From Armatimonadota bacterium (GTDB lineage Bacteria; Armatimonadota; Zipacnadia; Zipacnadales; UBA5352): DNA of 59,209 nt. The position numbers and the translations under genes were made by a program. Shown here piece after piece: positions 8,902-18,600 of this stretch. The notes under the pieces were generated by a model, which saw only the letters and a program-made list of their open reading frames with translations, was not told the origin of the DNA and did not search any database. Each line of letters starts with the position of its first letter. The stretch's first letter is position 1. The stretch spans positions 1-59,209 of the forward strand of contig JAYENL010000281.1 of assembly GCA_034722055.1 (NCBI GenBank). The letters run 5' to 3'.

Positions 8902-8907
8902 GAGTGC

Positions 8908-8982
8908 TGGCTCCCCGGGCCGGATTCGAACCAGCAACCTAATGGTTAACAGCCATCCGCTCTTCCATTGAGCTACCGGGGA
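8908..8982 (-). tRNA. tRNA-Asn (GTT)
   Basis: TCCCCGGTAGCTCAATGGAAGAGCGGATGGCT-GTT-AACCATTAGGTTGCTGGTTCGAATCCGGCCCGGGGAG-CCA forms a cloverleaf. Confidence 0.97.
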
Positions 8983-8995
8983 GCGCTCACCTCGT

Positions 8996-9024
8996 ATTCT
9001 ACACCAAACCCCCCTCGCTGTAAA
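8996..9024 (-). promoter_or_regulatory. Sigma70 promoter of tRNA-Asn
   Basis: TTTACA (9024-9019), 17-nt spacer, TAGAAT (9001-8996). Confidence 0.7.
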
Positions 9025-9237
9025 CCCCCCATTCACCAGTGTGCCCATCGCGCGGTCAGCACACGAAAGCCTGTCCGCAAGCTCTCAGATGCCCCCAGTC
9101 GCGCTGGGTGCCGTGCGTATGTGCCCGCGAAGACCGCCACGCCAGGCGGCTACAGAGCACGCAGTCTGCGACTTGCGCGACTCGGGTCGAGGATGGCGGC
9201 CTTCAGCGTGTTCTCGGCCCATTGCGCCGGCTGGAGA

Positions 9238-9859
9238 CTACACTGTTACGCTGATGAGGATCGCCACTCCGAAGCCGAAGAGCACAACCCCCCGAGGCTC
9301 GGTCGACCCAGACCAAAGCGGCGGTATCCAGTCTGGCCCGGAGTTGCCCGACCATGAGGCTCAGAGCGAGCCACCAGGCGCGGAGCCGATGACCATACCA
9401 GCGGTCAGCAACCCGGGTTCGATCACGGTGGCCTCGCCGGGCGCAGGTCCCAGTCCGCCGAAGACGGCCGCGAAAACGAGGATTGTGGCCAGGTTGGTCA
9501 GCGAGAGCACGAAGGTCGTCGCGAAGCCGCCCAAGAGCCCTCGTGAGGCCCCCGGTGCAGGTGCCTGAGGCGGCCTGGTGAGGAACGTGCGCACACCCAG
9601 GAGGAGCAGGAAAAGCCCGCCGATGCCGCGGAACCAGGTGTGATGGTGCATCAGCGCGCCCGACATGGCCGTCAGGTCGAGGGGGGGGGGCAACGGCCGC
9701 GTAGATGCCATCGACGATCGCCGCACCCAGGCCTGAAACGAAACCAGCGAGGCGGCCGGCCGCCAGAGTGCGCCTGATGTACAGGGTGCCGATCGGCGTG
9801 ATTGGCGCCGCAATCGCCGCGCCGATGACCAGGCATCTGACAAGAGCGCTCACCATCAT
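9238..9859 (-). pseudogene. LysE-family translocator, three frameshifts
   Basis: IAAPITPIGTLYIRRTL...GFVSGLGAA.VDG.Y; then +1 at C10 (9681-9690); TFVLSLTNLATILVFAAVF; then -1 near 9377; WWLALS...WVDRASG; then +1 at G6 (~9290); VVLFGFGVAIL. Confidence 0.8.
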
Positions 9860-10012
9860 GCTCAGCCCTCAGGAGATCGTCCGGTACCAGGGCTCGTGGT
9901 GGGACGAGTTGCCACGGATCGCTCCCATTCTCTACATGGAGGTGGCCGCTCGCTGGCGCTCGAATGGAGCTCGGACCGGAGGCGACGCATACCACCACTG
10001 GAGGCAGCCGAG

Positions 10013-11077
10013 ATGGAGCCGCCCGCCGAGCACGCGCACGATGAGCATGTCCTGGCACATCTGCGCCGCCTTTACGCCACTGACCGCCGCGAGTTCGCAT
10101 TCACAGGCAGCACCCCTGGTGAGGTCCAGCGCTGGCAGGACGAGGCGAGGCCGGCGCTGCGAAAGCTTCTCGGGCTGCAGCGCATGGAGCAGGAGCTGCC
10201 GCAGCACCGGCCAGCAGTGGAGCTGGACGAGGCGGAGCAACTCGGAGGGTTCACGCGGCGTCTGGGGCGAATGGAGACCGAGCCGGGCTGGTGGCTGGAG
10301 TTCTGGCTGCTGCGGCCGGAAGGCGAGGGGCCCTTCCCCCTGGCGGTCACGCCGCACGGACACGAGGCGCGTGGGCACGATACCTACGCAGGGGCGGTAG
10401 GCAACGACGAGCAGCGGCGCCAGCGTATCGCCGAGAGGGACGCCGACGTGGCGGTGCAAGCGGTCGAGCGCGGCTTCCTCGCCGTGGCGCCCAACATGCG
10501 CGGCTTCGACGACAACCTCATCCCGGATGTGAACGAGCGGCATGACGCCCGCGGGTGCCGCAGCGAGCTGATCCACGCGCTGCTTGCCGGGAGGACGGTC
10601 ATCGGCGAGCGCGTGCGGGACCTGGAGCGGCTCCTCGACTGGGCCGCAGCGCTGCCGGAGGTGGACGGAGGACGCATCCTGATGGTAGGCAACTCCGGGG
10701 GCGGGATGGCAACCACCTACGCCGCCGCCTGCGACACGCGCGTGACGGCGGCCATCCCAAGCTGCTCGTTCGTGACCTACGTGGGCGAGAACGGGATCGT
10801 GCATCACTGTGACTGCAACACGGTCCCGGGGATCTACCGCTTCGGGGAGTTCTCGGACGTGGCAGGGCTCATCGCGCCGCGGCACCTGCTGGTGGTGACG
10901 GGCCGGGCGGATACGCTCTTCCCTCCCGCTGAAGTAGAGCGGGCGGTTGAGGACGTGCGGCGCATCTACCAGGCGGCCGCGGTCCCGGAGCGCTTCGAAC
11001 ACCGCTGGGGCGAGGGCGGCCACCGGTTCTACAGCCATCTCATGTGGCCCTGGGTGGAGTACGCGATGACCCCGTGA
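10013..11077 (+). CDS. Alpha/beta hydrolase (acetyl-xylan-esterase/dienelactone-hydrolase-like)
   Basis: PHGH, nucleophile elbow GNSGGG, LIAPRHLLVVTGRADTLFP, GGHRF. GGAGG RBS before the ATG at 10013. Confidence 0.85.
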   Translation: MEPPAEHAHDEHVLAHLRRLYATDRREFAFTGSTPGEVQRWQDEARPALRKLLGLQRMEQELPQHRPAVELDEAEQLGGFTRRLGRMETEPGWWLEFWLLRPEGEGPFPLAVTPHGHEARGHDTYAGAVGNDEQRRQRIAERDADVAVQAVERGFLAVAPNMRGFDDNLIPDVNERHDARGCRSELIHALLAGRTVIGERVRDLERLLDWAAALPEVDGGRILMVGNSGGGMATTYAAACDTRVTAAIPSCSFVTYVGENGIVHHCDCNTVPGIYRFGEFSDVAGLIAPRHLLVVTGRADTLFPPAEVERAVEDVRRIYQAAAVPERFEHRWGEGGHRFYSHLMWPWVEYAMTP

Positions 11078-11082
11078 GGGGG

Positions 11083-11565
11083 CTACTCATCGTCGGGATC
11101 GGAGACGCCCGCCACGATGACGTCGCAGCGCACGGGCCGGCCGGTGGCATCGACGTATACCTCGGCGATATCATAGCGTGGGGGCACCTCCGCCGGGTCG
11201 AGGCCCTTGCGTCGCATATAGGCCTGGCCGCAGCGGATGATCCGCCTGCGCTTCTCGCGCGTGAGCGTGGATGAGGGGCGGACGGGGGAGTCCTCCTCGC
11301 GAGAGCGGACCTCCACGAACACCAGGCGGCGGTGGTGCTCCGCCACAATGTCGATCTCGCCAGGCCCCACACGAACGTTGCGGCCGAGGATGTGATACCC
11401 ACGCCTGGTGAGGTCGGCGGCGGCGAAGTCCTCGGCGCGCCAGCCGCTGCGGTGCCGCTCTCCTCCGCTCCGGCCCAGCCACTCGGCCGAATCGCCGCCA
11501 CGCCACCATGCACCGAGGCGCTCCAGAGCGCCACGCAGCGTTTGCATGAGAGCTGCCCAGGGCAC
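11083..11565 (-). CDS. yraN: YraN/UPF0102 family predicted endonuclease
   Basis: G..AEDFAAADLTRRGYHILGRNVR...GEIDIVAEH..LVFVEVRSR...RYDI. AAGGAGG RBS then GTG 11565 (alternative ATG 11547). Confidence 0.85.
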   Translation of the reverse strand: MPWAALMQTLRGALERLGAWWRGGDSAEWLGRSGGERHRSGWRAEDFAAADLTRRGYHILGRNVRVGPGEIDIVAEHHRRLVFVEVRSREEDSPVRPSSTLTREKRRRIIRCGQAYMRRKGLDPAEVPPRYDIAEVYVDATGRPVRCDVIVAGVSDPDDE

Positions 11566-11579
11566 GGCGCACCTCCTTG

Positions 11580-12305
11580 TCAGCGCAGCACCATCTCCAT
11601 GCCGTCGGTGGCGACGATGGCCTCCACGCCGCGCTCCGCGGCGTACTCGGCGATCTTCTGCTCCGCCTCGGCGCCGCCCTTCACAATCTGGCTGCCGCAG
11701 TGGGTGACGATCATGGTGGGGACACCGAGCTTCCTGCACCAGGTGAGCTGGGTGCGCACCGGCGTGTGGCCGATGAGCTCGCCGGTGTCCTTCTGCTTGC
11801 GCACGAAGTTGCGGTCGATGGTGGCTCCGTCGCCGACGTAGGCCTTGCAGCCGGTCAGCGCCTGCTCGCGATCCTGGATGTAGACCACATCCGGCGCGTA
11901 GAAGATGGTCACGACGCCGGCGGAGACGCGGTAGCCCACGGCAGGGCATTTCGTGGAGTGCTGCACCGGGAAGCACTCCACTGTGATCTCCTCGAGGGTG
12001 ACGGCCTCGCGGTGCTCGATGGTACGCTGGTCGTCGATGGGCCAGTCGGACATCTCCTCCCAGGCCTCCGGGGGCGCGTAAACCGGATCGGGAGCGCCGT
12101 CCCTGAGCCCAAGGACGTGGTCGGGATGACAGTGGGTGATGAAGAACGCCTGCTGGCGCGTGTCATCACACATGCCGCGCCAGTCCTCGCCACAGTCGAT
12201 GCGGATGGACTTGCCCTTGTAGGTCACCAGCGTGGAGGTGTGCCGCAGATGCTCGTCCGTCTGCGGCTCGATGTAGCCTCTGGTGCCGAGGAAGGTCAGC
12301 TTCAT
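11580..12305 (-). CDS. Metallo-beta-lactamase-fold hydrolase
   Basis: MKLTFLGTRG, IDCG, THCHPDH, VQHS, GH and TH motifs. Confidence 0.88.
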   Translation of the reverse strand: MKLTFLGTRGYIEPQTDEHLRHTSTLVTYKGKSIRIDCGEDWRGMCDDTRQQAFFITHCHPDHVLGLRDGAPDPVYAPPEAWEEMSDWPIDDQRTIEHREAVTLEEITVECFPVQHSTKCPAVGYRVSAGVVTIFYAPDVVYIQDREQALTGCKAYVGDGATIDRNFVRKQKDTGELIGHTPVRTQLTWCRKLGVPTMIVTHCGSQIVKGGAEAEQKIAEYAAERGVEAIVATDGMEMVLR

Positions 12306-12372
12306 GGTTCAGTCTTCGACGGCTTCGCGCTGGCGCCTCCCGCGAGTGGCCCACGGTGTCGGCACGCTTGTT

Positions 12373-15093
12373 TCATCCGATCAACAGATAGGTGTGCTTC
12401 GGCTCAGTGGTCAGGATGCCGTTTTCCACTTGGGCCGGCTTCCCGGCCGTCACATCCTGTACCCGGCGGAACCCGCGTGTATCCCACTCGAACCGGCCGT
12501 AGGCGAACAGCACCTGCTCCTGCCCATCGTCATCATGCCAGAGCCCTCCGATCTCCCGCAGCGGATTCTCCGCCGACGGAACCAGGTACCGGCGCACCAT
12601 CCGCGAGCGAACGGCAGCGTAATCCTGGTTGGCCTGCGCGATCTCCTCGGTGAGCGCCTCGTTGGTCGGAATTGCGCGGTGGTCCCACCATGGGTGATCG
12701 GATTCGCGGTAGGGCAGCATCGGGGTGGCGTTGTTGGCGATGGAGCGATAGTAGGTGTCGGGGCCCAGGGCGCTGTAGTAGTACCTGGACGTGCGGTAGT
12801 CCCGGCGACCGCCGGAGCTGTACATCGCTCCGACACTGGCAGAGGAGGTGGAGGGGGTGCCGAAGGGGCCCCGGCCCTCGGTGTTCAGGATCTGGTAGCC
12901 CATTTGCTGCAGGGCGACCTGGCGGCGGATGCCGGCCAGCAGGTGGCTTGTAAAGCGGGTGGGACTCTCGTAGTGCAGTTGGCCGAGGGCGTGGAACGAG
13001 TCCTGCCACAGCCCATCAAGGCCCACCTCGCGGCGCATGTGTCTGTAGCGCCGCAGAGAGTAGTCGTAGTAGCCGCTGCGCAGGTTCACGTACGTGAGTT
13101 CATGGCCGGGCAGATAGGAGCCGGGGGAGCCGTAGGTGTTCGGCTCGCCGTCCGGCAGTCGGCAGATCCACTCCGGGTGCTCTCTCAGAAGCTCACTGTC
13201 ACGGCGGTTGAGTGCCGTCGGGGCCCATGAGATGACCTTCAGATCAACCGCGTGAGCGGCTTCGACCAGCTTCTTGAGACTCTTCTCGCCGCCCCACGCT
13301 TCCACCACCTCCAGCCCGGTAATCGAACACCTGCCGGGCTCCGGATTGCCCTCCCGGTCGAGGCTTTCCCAGATGGAGTTGAACATCAAGGCCTCGTAGC
13401 CCAGTTCCTTCAACCGGGGAAGCAGCGGTATGACCGACTCGAAGCTGGCCGTGTCGTCGTTCTCCACGTACAAGGGGGGTGCGACGAACCGCGCGGTCGG
13501 CAGCAGGCGCGGCCGTGTCATGCCCACCTGATCGCGATAGCGATCGCGCACCGCGTCGCGCGCCCAGGTCCACTCGTCCTCCAGGCCCAGAAGGGTCCGG
13601 TCACCGCAAGGGGAGAAGACAATGCAGCGGGCAGAGGTGCGCGCCGACGTAGCCGATGTGAAGTAGTGATGCGCGAAGTGCCTGATCTGCTCTTCTCCCA
13701 CTTGCTTCTCAATCCAGGACTCGATGTACGCGATGTCGTCGAAGAACGAGAGCATCAGTCCAGTGCCGGACCTGCCGGCAAACTCGAAGCAGGGCGTGGA
13801 CAGGAAGGGGATGACCGGCCGGCCCTCGATGGCGATGGCATCCGAGATGACGTTGGCGCGCGGCATGCCATACTGCCCGCCGGGAGCGCGCACGAACGCT
13901 CCCTCCACGTCACCGCCGAGGGCCCAGCCCGACCTGTCCCAGATGCCTACGACGCGGTTTTCGCCGCTCATGAATTCGAAGCTGTAGCGGAAGCCCCGGT
14001 AGCTGCGTTCATAGACATCCAGCTCGGCGGGCTCAATGACCCAATTGAGGTGATCCGTTACCCCCGTGCCCTTCTCGATCAGGTCTGTCCGCACCACCAC
14101 CGCGTCATCGCCAACCAGGTCCCATCCCACGAAGCGACACGTCTCGTAGCGTCCTCCAGACTCAGTCTCGATGAGTGGCCGGATGGGAGGGGCCAAACGG
14201 TCGCGCAGCGCAGTCCTGTCCACCCTGACTGTGCCGATCCCGGGGTTATCGGTATGGAAGCGCACCGATGTCCCGTTGGCGAACGAGACCGTCAGTCGCC
14301 CATCGCCCTCGCGTACCCGCGGCCGTCCGCCTGGTGCCGGGCGCCGCGTCGGGGAGGGCCATTCGACCGACTGTGCGCCTGCGTCAGGAAGCGGTGAGTG
14401 GGCGCCAACGGCCTCGGGCTGCATCTTTGCGACAGACACGTCGTCGATCCAGAAGCGCCCCTCGGCCAGGTTTTCGCGGAGCCACACCTCCATACGACCG
14501 CTCCAGCCATGGCCGCGATTGGCGACCGCGAAGCCCTCCCACAACTCCCAGTCCCACGAGCCGGTCTTGCCGTCGTAGCCCTCCGGTGTATTCAGCCGCC
14601 CTATCCAGAGCGGATTGCCCTCAGGCGATAGGCCGATGAGCTTGATGTGCAGACCGCAGACATTCTCGGCCTTCACCCACGCGCGCATGCGGTAGACATT
14701 GGGATACTCCAGTTCGAAATCGCCGGAGACAGCCGGAGCCGAATAGAAGAAATGTCTCTCCGGGGCTTCGCGCATCTCGCGCCAGGCGGTGAAGTCCCAC
14801 AGATCCGGTGCCACTGCCACACCTGTGGTTTGGGGCGCCTGCAGGCGATAGGACAGCGCAGCCTGGCCCGAGTGCGCATCCTCCGAGAGCGTCATCGTGC
14901 CCTCCGCCCGCTGGCAATGCCAGTTGTCCGGGTGCGCGTCCTCCCCCGCCAGGTACCATCCATCGGGCGATCCATTCCCGTCCGCATCTGTCTCGAAGCC
15001 GGGATTCGGCACCAGGTTCTGAAAGTACGCCGCCGGGGCGCCTCCCGCCATGGTCAGGACCGCGAGGAGTGCGATGCACAAGGTGGCTGGCAT
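12373..15093 (-). CDS. Large secreted protein: N-terminal CBM-like domain plus alpha-amylase-like TIM-barrel glycoside hydrolase domain
   Basis: Signal peptide, NLVPNPGFE...WIDDVSV, LPRLKELGYEALMFNSIWES, LKKLVEAAHAVDLKVISW, EHPEW, GLDGLWQDS. GGAGG RBS. Confidence 0.7.
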   Translation of the reverse strand: MPATLCIALLAVLTMAGGAPAAYFQNLVPNPGFETDADGNGSPDGWYLAGEDAHPDNWHCQRAEGTMTLSEDAHSGQAALSYRLQAPQTTGVAVAPDLWDFTAWREMREAPERHFFYSAPAVSGDFELEYPNVYRMRAWVKAENVCGLHIKLIGLSPEGNPLWIGRLNTPEGYDGKTGSWDWELWEGFAVANRGHGWSGRMEVWLRENLAEGRFWIDDVSVAKMQPEAVGAHSPLPDAGAQSVEWPSPTRRPAPGGRPRVREGDGRLTVSFANGTSVRFHTDNPGIGTVRVDRTALRDRLAPPIRPLIETESGGRYETCRFVGWDLVGDDAVVVRTDLIEKGTGVTDHLNWVIEPAELDVYERSYRGFRYSFEFMSGENRVVGIWDRSGWALGGDVEGAFVRAPGGQYGMPRANVISDAIAIEGRPVIPFLSTPCFEFAGRSGTGLMLSFFDDIAYIESWIEKQVGEEQIRHFAHHYFTSATSARTSARCIVFSPCGDRTLLGLEDEWTWARDAVRDRYRDQVGMTRPRLLPTARFVAPPLYVENDDTASFESVIPLLPRLKELGYEALMFNSIWESLDREGNPEPGRCSITGLEVVEAWGGEKSLKKLVEAAHAVDLKVISWAPTALNRRDSELLREHPEWICRLPDGEPNTYGSPGSYLPGHELTYVNLRSGYYDYSLRRYRHMRREVGLDGLWQDSFHALGQLHYESPTRFTSHLLAGIRRQVALQQMGYQILNTEGRGPFGTPSTSSASVGAMYSSGGRRDYRTSRYYYSALGPDTYYRSIANNATPMLPYRESDHPWWDHRAIPTNEALTEEIAQANQDYAAVRSRMVRRYLVPSAENPLREIGGLWHDDDGQEQVLFAYGRFEWDTRGFRRVQDVTAGKPAQVENGILTTEPKHTYLLIG

Positions 15094-15258
15094 CCGTGTT
15101 CGACCTCCAGACAACGGCGCAGTAAGCCGTGGTCGCGGATCCATGGAAGCGAATTGACCGCGGTCACATTCGCCCTCGGGCGGCGGACGCCTTCCCGAGA
15201 GACATGCCCCACGCCCGCAACGGACAGTCTGAGGCCGCACCCCGCCGGGGCTTGGCCG

Positions 15259-15287
15259 TTGACAGTGTGTCCGCTTTCTGGTATCTT
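15259..15287 (+). promoter_or_regulatory. Sigma70 promoter of tRNA-Asp (extended -10)
   Basis: TTGACA (15259-15264), 17-nt spacer, TATCTT (15282-15287) preceded by TG-n. Confidence 0.75.
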
Positions 15288-15318
15288 AGTTCGTGAGGCA
15301 AGCGAGACAGGTTTCGGC

Positions 15319-15395
15319 GGGGCTGTAGCTCAGTGGCTCAGAGTGCCAGCCTGTCAAGCTGGAAGTCGCGGGTTCAAATCCCGTCAGCCCCGCCA
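15319..15395 (+). tRNA. tRNA-Asp (GTC)
   Basis: GGGGCTG...CCAGC-CT-GTC-AA-GCTGG...GGTTCAAATCC...CAGCCCC-G-CCA. Confidence 0.97.
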
Positions 15396-15499
15396 TATAG
15401 AATGCATAGACCCTTCTGCGAGAGACCCTTCTGAGGCCGAGAGCAGTATCTGAGCCGACAGGGATAGAATCAGACGCTGTCCATGGGAGGATCGGCGAA

Positions 15500-15673
15500 G
15501 TGAACCAGGCCCGAAAGGCCGCAATGCCAGGGGTCTCAGCAGCACTCGGGGGCTTCATAGGAGCTTCAGTAGGAAACGCAATGGGATTGCAGTGGGGGCT
15601 GACCGGATTGCTCGCGGCTGCCATCACTGCAATCTGGTATGCGGTATTCTACTTCACTGTACCAAGCGAATAG
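15500..15673 (+). CDS. Small (57 aa) hydrophobic Gly/Ala-rich membrane protein
   Basis: GGGAGG RBS + GTG. MNQARKAAMPGVSAALGGFIGASVGNAMGLQWGLTGLLAAAITAIWYAVFYFTVPSE. Below the ORF-track cutoff. Confidence 0.6.
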   Translation: MNQARKAAMPGVSAALGGFIGASVGNAMGLQWGLTGLLAAAITAIWYAVFYFTVPSE

Positions 15674-16175
15674 GCGCGCCGTCGCGGCCGGATTCTTCGA
15701 GTTCGGAAGACCCCTTCGCAGACCATCCTCTCCGCCGCTCCCCTCGGGGCGTAGGATGCATCTCACGGGACAGGGCTCTTGTGCGCCCCTATCGTTCTGT
15801 ATCCGCCTGCACCTGCAGGCCCCCCATCTGCCCTCGTCAGTATGGTCGTGACTTGCTTCACATCCGTGCTTGCGCCACTTCGCCCTTACCGGCCTCTCGC
15901 AGGGAGTATCAGGGCGCTGTGTCCAACGCTGCACAGACCTCGTGTCATCATGGCGGGTTCTCCGCGTAACGGCCCGCCCAGCATACCATTGCGCGGGTGA
16001 GGAGAGCAATCCCCTGTTAGCTGGAGGAGCCGGCAGCGAGGAGGCGAAGGTTCTGACCGGGGTGCTCGACTCACTCGTGAGAGGGCTGGCCGGTGCGCAT
16101 CGCTCGGAGGCGATGCCGATGCCCTGCGAAAGGGGCCGCACAGCCGGCCAGCTTTGCGCGCGAAAGGAGCCGATC

Positions 16176-17321
16176 ATGAGGCAGATGCTGGCCGTGGCAG
16201 CGCTCCTTGCAGCAGTGTGCGTCGGAGTTGAGGCGCAGGAAGAGGATGTGCTGCTTCTGCTGGACTTCGAGGACGGCACCGAGGGCTTCGTGAGCATCGA
16301 CCCGCAGACGACCGTCAGTGCCACGACCGCCCCGGAGATCGCCTACACGGGGAACGGCGCGCTGCAGGTGCAGTACATGCAGGCGGCGATGAGCCCGGGC
16401 GCTGGAGGCGGGGGGTTCCCAGGCGCGGTGATCCTCCCGCTGATGGATCCCTTCGAGGAGCTTGGCAGGGTCTCGTTCGCCATCGCCTCGGATCTGTCAA
16501 CGCCGGTCGTCGTGGTCCTCACTGAGGGCGCGGAGGGGCCACGCTACAACTGCATGCTCTGGTGCTCGGCCGGAGCCTGGCACGAGTACTCCCTCCCGCT
16601 GCACGAGTTCAGCGCCGACCTCGACGGCCCGCCCGATCCCAACGGGACACTGGACCCGGGGGAGGTCAGCGTGGTCGCCGTCTTCGACGCCGACAGCTTC
16701 CTGCGGCTGATCGGCGAGAGCACGGGGATGTTTCACGTCGAGCCGCCTGAGGAGCAGACGCTCAGACTCGATGACTTCTGCCTGCTTTCCGGCGAGCCCG
16801 ATGTCCCGCCGCAGGGGGAGGACTCGGTGACCATCGCGACGTACGAGCCCCCGCTCCGCGGCTTCGCCTGCGTGGGCGGGCAGGATGTTGTGGTGGAGTC
16901 GGAGGAGCTGGAGGGCGGGGAGAGCGCGCTGCGCCTCGACTACAGCATTCCAGCACGAACGCTATTCGCGGTCATACACCGGGCCCGGCAGGGCGCGCTC
17001 GCCGGGATGGAGGCCATCCGCTTCCAGGCAAGGTCCAACCGGGAGGTCACGCTGATCGTCAGCCTGGAGGAGAAGTGGGGCCCTGGGGAGGAGAACAAGA
17101 GCAGCTATAATGCCACTATGCCTGTTGAGCCCGGTGAGGACTGGCAGACGGTGACGACGCACACCTCGAGCTTCGCCCTGGGGGACAACGAGACCGATCC
17201 GAACGGCACGCTTGACATGGACCTGGTGCAGACGGTGACTATCGGGGACGCCACCGCGCTGCTGGAGGGTGCGGAGGTTCTCAACTCGCTGTGGCTGCGC
17301 GACCTCGTGGCGGTGAGGTGA
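16176..17321 (+). CDS. Secreted protein with two tandem carbohydrate-binding-like (CBM11/CIA30-like) domains
   Basis: AAGGAG RBS, signal peptide, LLDFEDG, and the internal repeat DPNGTLD twice. Very acidic. Confidence 0.65.
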   Translation: MRQMLAVAALLAAVCVGVEAQEEDVLLLLDFEDGTEGFVSIDPQTTVSATTAPEIAYTGNGALQVQYMQAAMSPGAGGGGFPGAVILPLMDPFEELGRVSFAIASDLSTPVVVVLTEGAEGPRYNCMLWCSAGAWHEYSLPLHEFSADLDGPPDPNGTLDPGEVSVVAVFDADSFLRLIGESTGMFHVEPPEEQTLRLDDFCLLSGEPDVPPQGEDSVTIATYEPPLRGFACVGGQDVVVESEELEGGESALRLDYSIPARTLFAVIHRARQGALAGMEAIRFQARSNREVTLIVSLEEKWGPGEENKSSYNATMPVEPGEDWQTVTTHTSSFALGDNETDPNGTLDMDLVQTVTIGDATALLEGAEVLNSLWLRDLVAVR

Positions 17322-17487
17322 CGGGTTCTGCCCAAGCGCGCCCTGCGGTGCCGCGCACGCGCTGACGGGTGTCAGAACTGATTGCCCAGCTTAGGGCATC
17401 ATGTTCGTAAGGGACCTCATCATGGCGGCGAAGATCGATGAGCTGCTCCAGTAGCGCGGCGGCCCGGCGATCAGGGCGGTGGAGCCG

Positions 17488-18228
17488 ATGAGCGACGCGT
17501 GGGTGCACGGCAGGGCCGCGCTGGTCACCGGCGCGGCAAAGCGCCTGGGACGGGCCATCGCTGTGGGGCTGGCGGGCGAGGGCGCCAGCGTGGTCGTGCA
17601 CTACCACTCGTCGCACGATGAGGCTGAGGCGGTTTGCGACGAGTTGGCGGAGGTCGGCGTCGAGGCGTGGCCGCTTCAGGCGGACCTGTCCTCGCCGCAG
17701 GAGGCCCAACGGCTGATCCCGAGGGCCGCGGAGCTGGCCGGCCCGCTCCAGGTGCTGGTCAACAGCGCGTCGATCTTCGAGCCCAGCACGCTTGCCGACG
17801 TGACCTTCGATGAGGTGGTACAGAACGCGACGGTGAACGCGTGGGGGCCGTTCGCCATCATGCGTGCGTTCGCGGGCCAGAAGATCGACGAGGGCAGCGT
17901 CCTCAACCTGCTGGACACGCGGGTGCACGGCTTCGACCTCAGCCATGTGGCCTACATCCTCAGCAAGCATCTCCTGCTGCAGCTCACGCGCATGACGGCG
18001 GTGGAGTACGCGCCGCGGGTGAGGGTGAACGCCGTGGCGCCGGGGCTGATCCTGCCGCCGCCGGGCCAGGATGAGAGCTACCTTCAGGCGCTGGCGGGAT
18101 CGCTTCCCCTGCAGCGCCACGGCGGGGCGCAGGACATTGTGGATGCCGCCCTCTATCTGATCGAGGCCAGGTTCGTGACCGGACAGGTCATCTACGTTGA
18201 CGGCGGGCGACACCTGCGAGGGGACTGA
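17488..18228 (+). CDS. Pteridine reductase/FolM-like SDR oxidoreductase
   Basis: TGAAKRLG, VHYHSS, NSAS.F, YxxSK, RVNAVAPG, VTGQVIYVDGG. Sits in a folate operon. Confidence 0.85.
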   Translation: MSDAWVHGRAALVTGAAKRLGRAIAVGLAGEGASVVVHYHSSHDEAEAVCDELAEVGVEAWPLQADLSSPQEAQRLIPRAAELAGPLQVLVNSASIFEPSTLADVTFDEVVQNATVNAWGPFAIMRAFAGQKIDEGSVLNLLDTRVHGFDLSHVAYILSKHLLLQLTRMTAVEYAPRVRVNAVAPGLILPPPGQDESYLQALAGSLPLQRHGGAQDIVDAALYLIEARFVTGQVIYVDGGRHLRGD

Positions 18229-18240
18229 GGGAGTGGGGCG

Positions 18241-18600
18241 ATGGACTACGTCCTGATCGAGGACCTGCTGGCCCGCTGCATCATCGGGGTCAACGAGGAG
18301 GAGCGGCGGAACAAGCAGGATGTCGTCGTGAACGTGGTGCTGGGCACCGACACCCGTGAGGCGGGGCGGAGCGACGACTTCGCCGAGGCCCTGGACTACC
18401 GCGAGATCAAGAAGCGCATCTTCACGATGATGGAGGGCTCGCAGTACGAGCTGGTGGAGGCCCTGGCGGAGGCCATCGCCGACATCTGCCTGGAGTACCC
18501 GCGCTGCCAGCAGGTCGAGGTGACGGTCGAGAAGCCGTCGGCACTGCGCTTCGCGCGCAGCGTCGGTGTGCGCATTACCCGGTCGCGCGAGGATAGCTGA
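18241..18600 (+). CDS. folB: Dihydroneopterin aldolase / FolX-like epimerase
   Basis: [39 protein letters not shown]. Confidence 0.85.
   Translation: MDYVLIEDLLARCIIGVNEEERRNKQDVVVNVVLGTDTREAGRSDDFAEALDYREIKKRIFTMMEGSQYELVEALAEAIADICLEYPRCQQVEVTVEKPSALRFARSVGVRITRSREDS

Noticed and set aside
8908..8932. att-site duplication of the tRNA-Asn 3' end
   Set aside because: No second copy seen in the window by eye.
15408..15433. Direct repeat AGACCCTTCTG x2 after tRNA-Asp
   Set aside because: Only two 11-bp copies, with no further support for a function.
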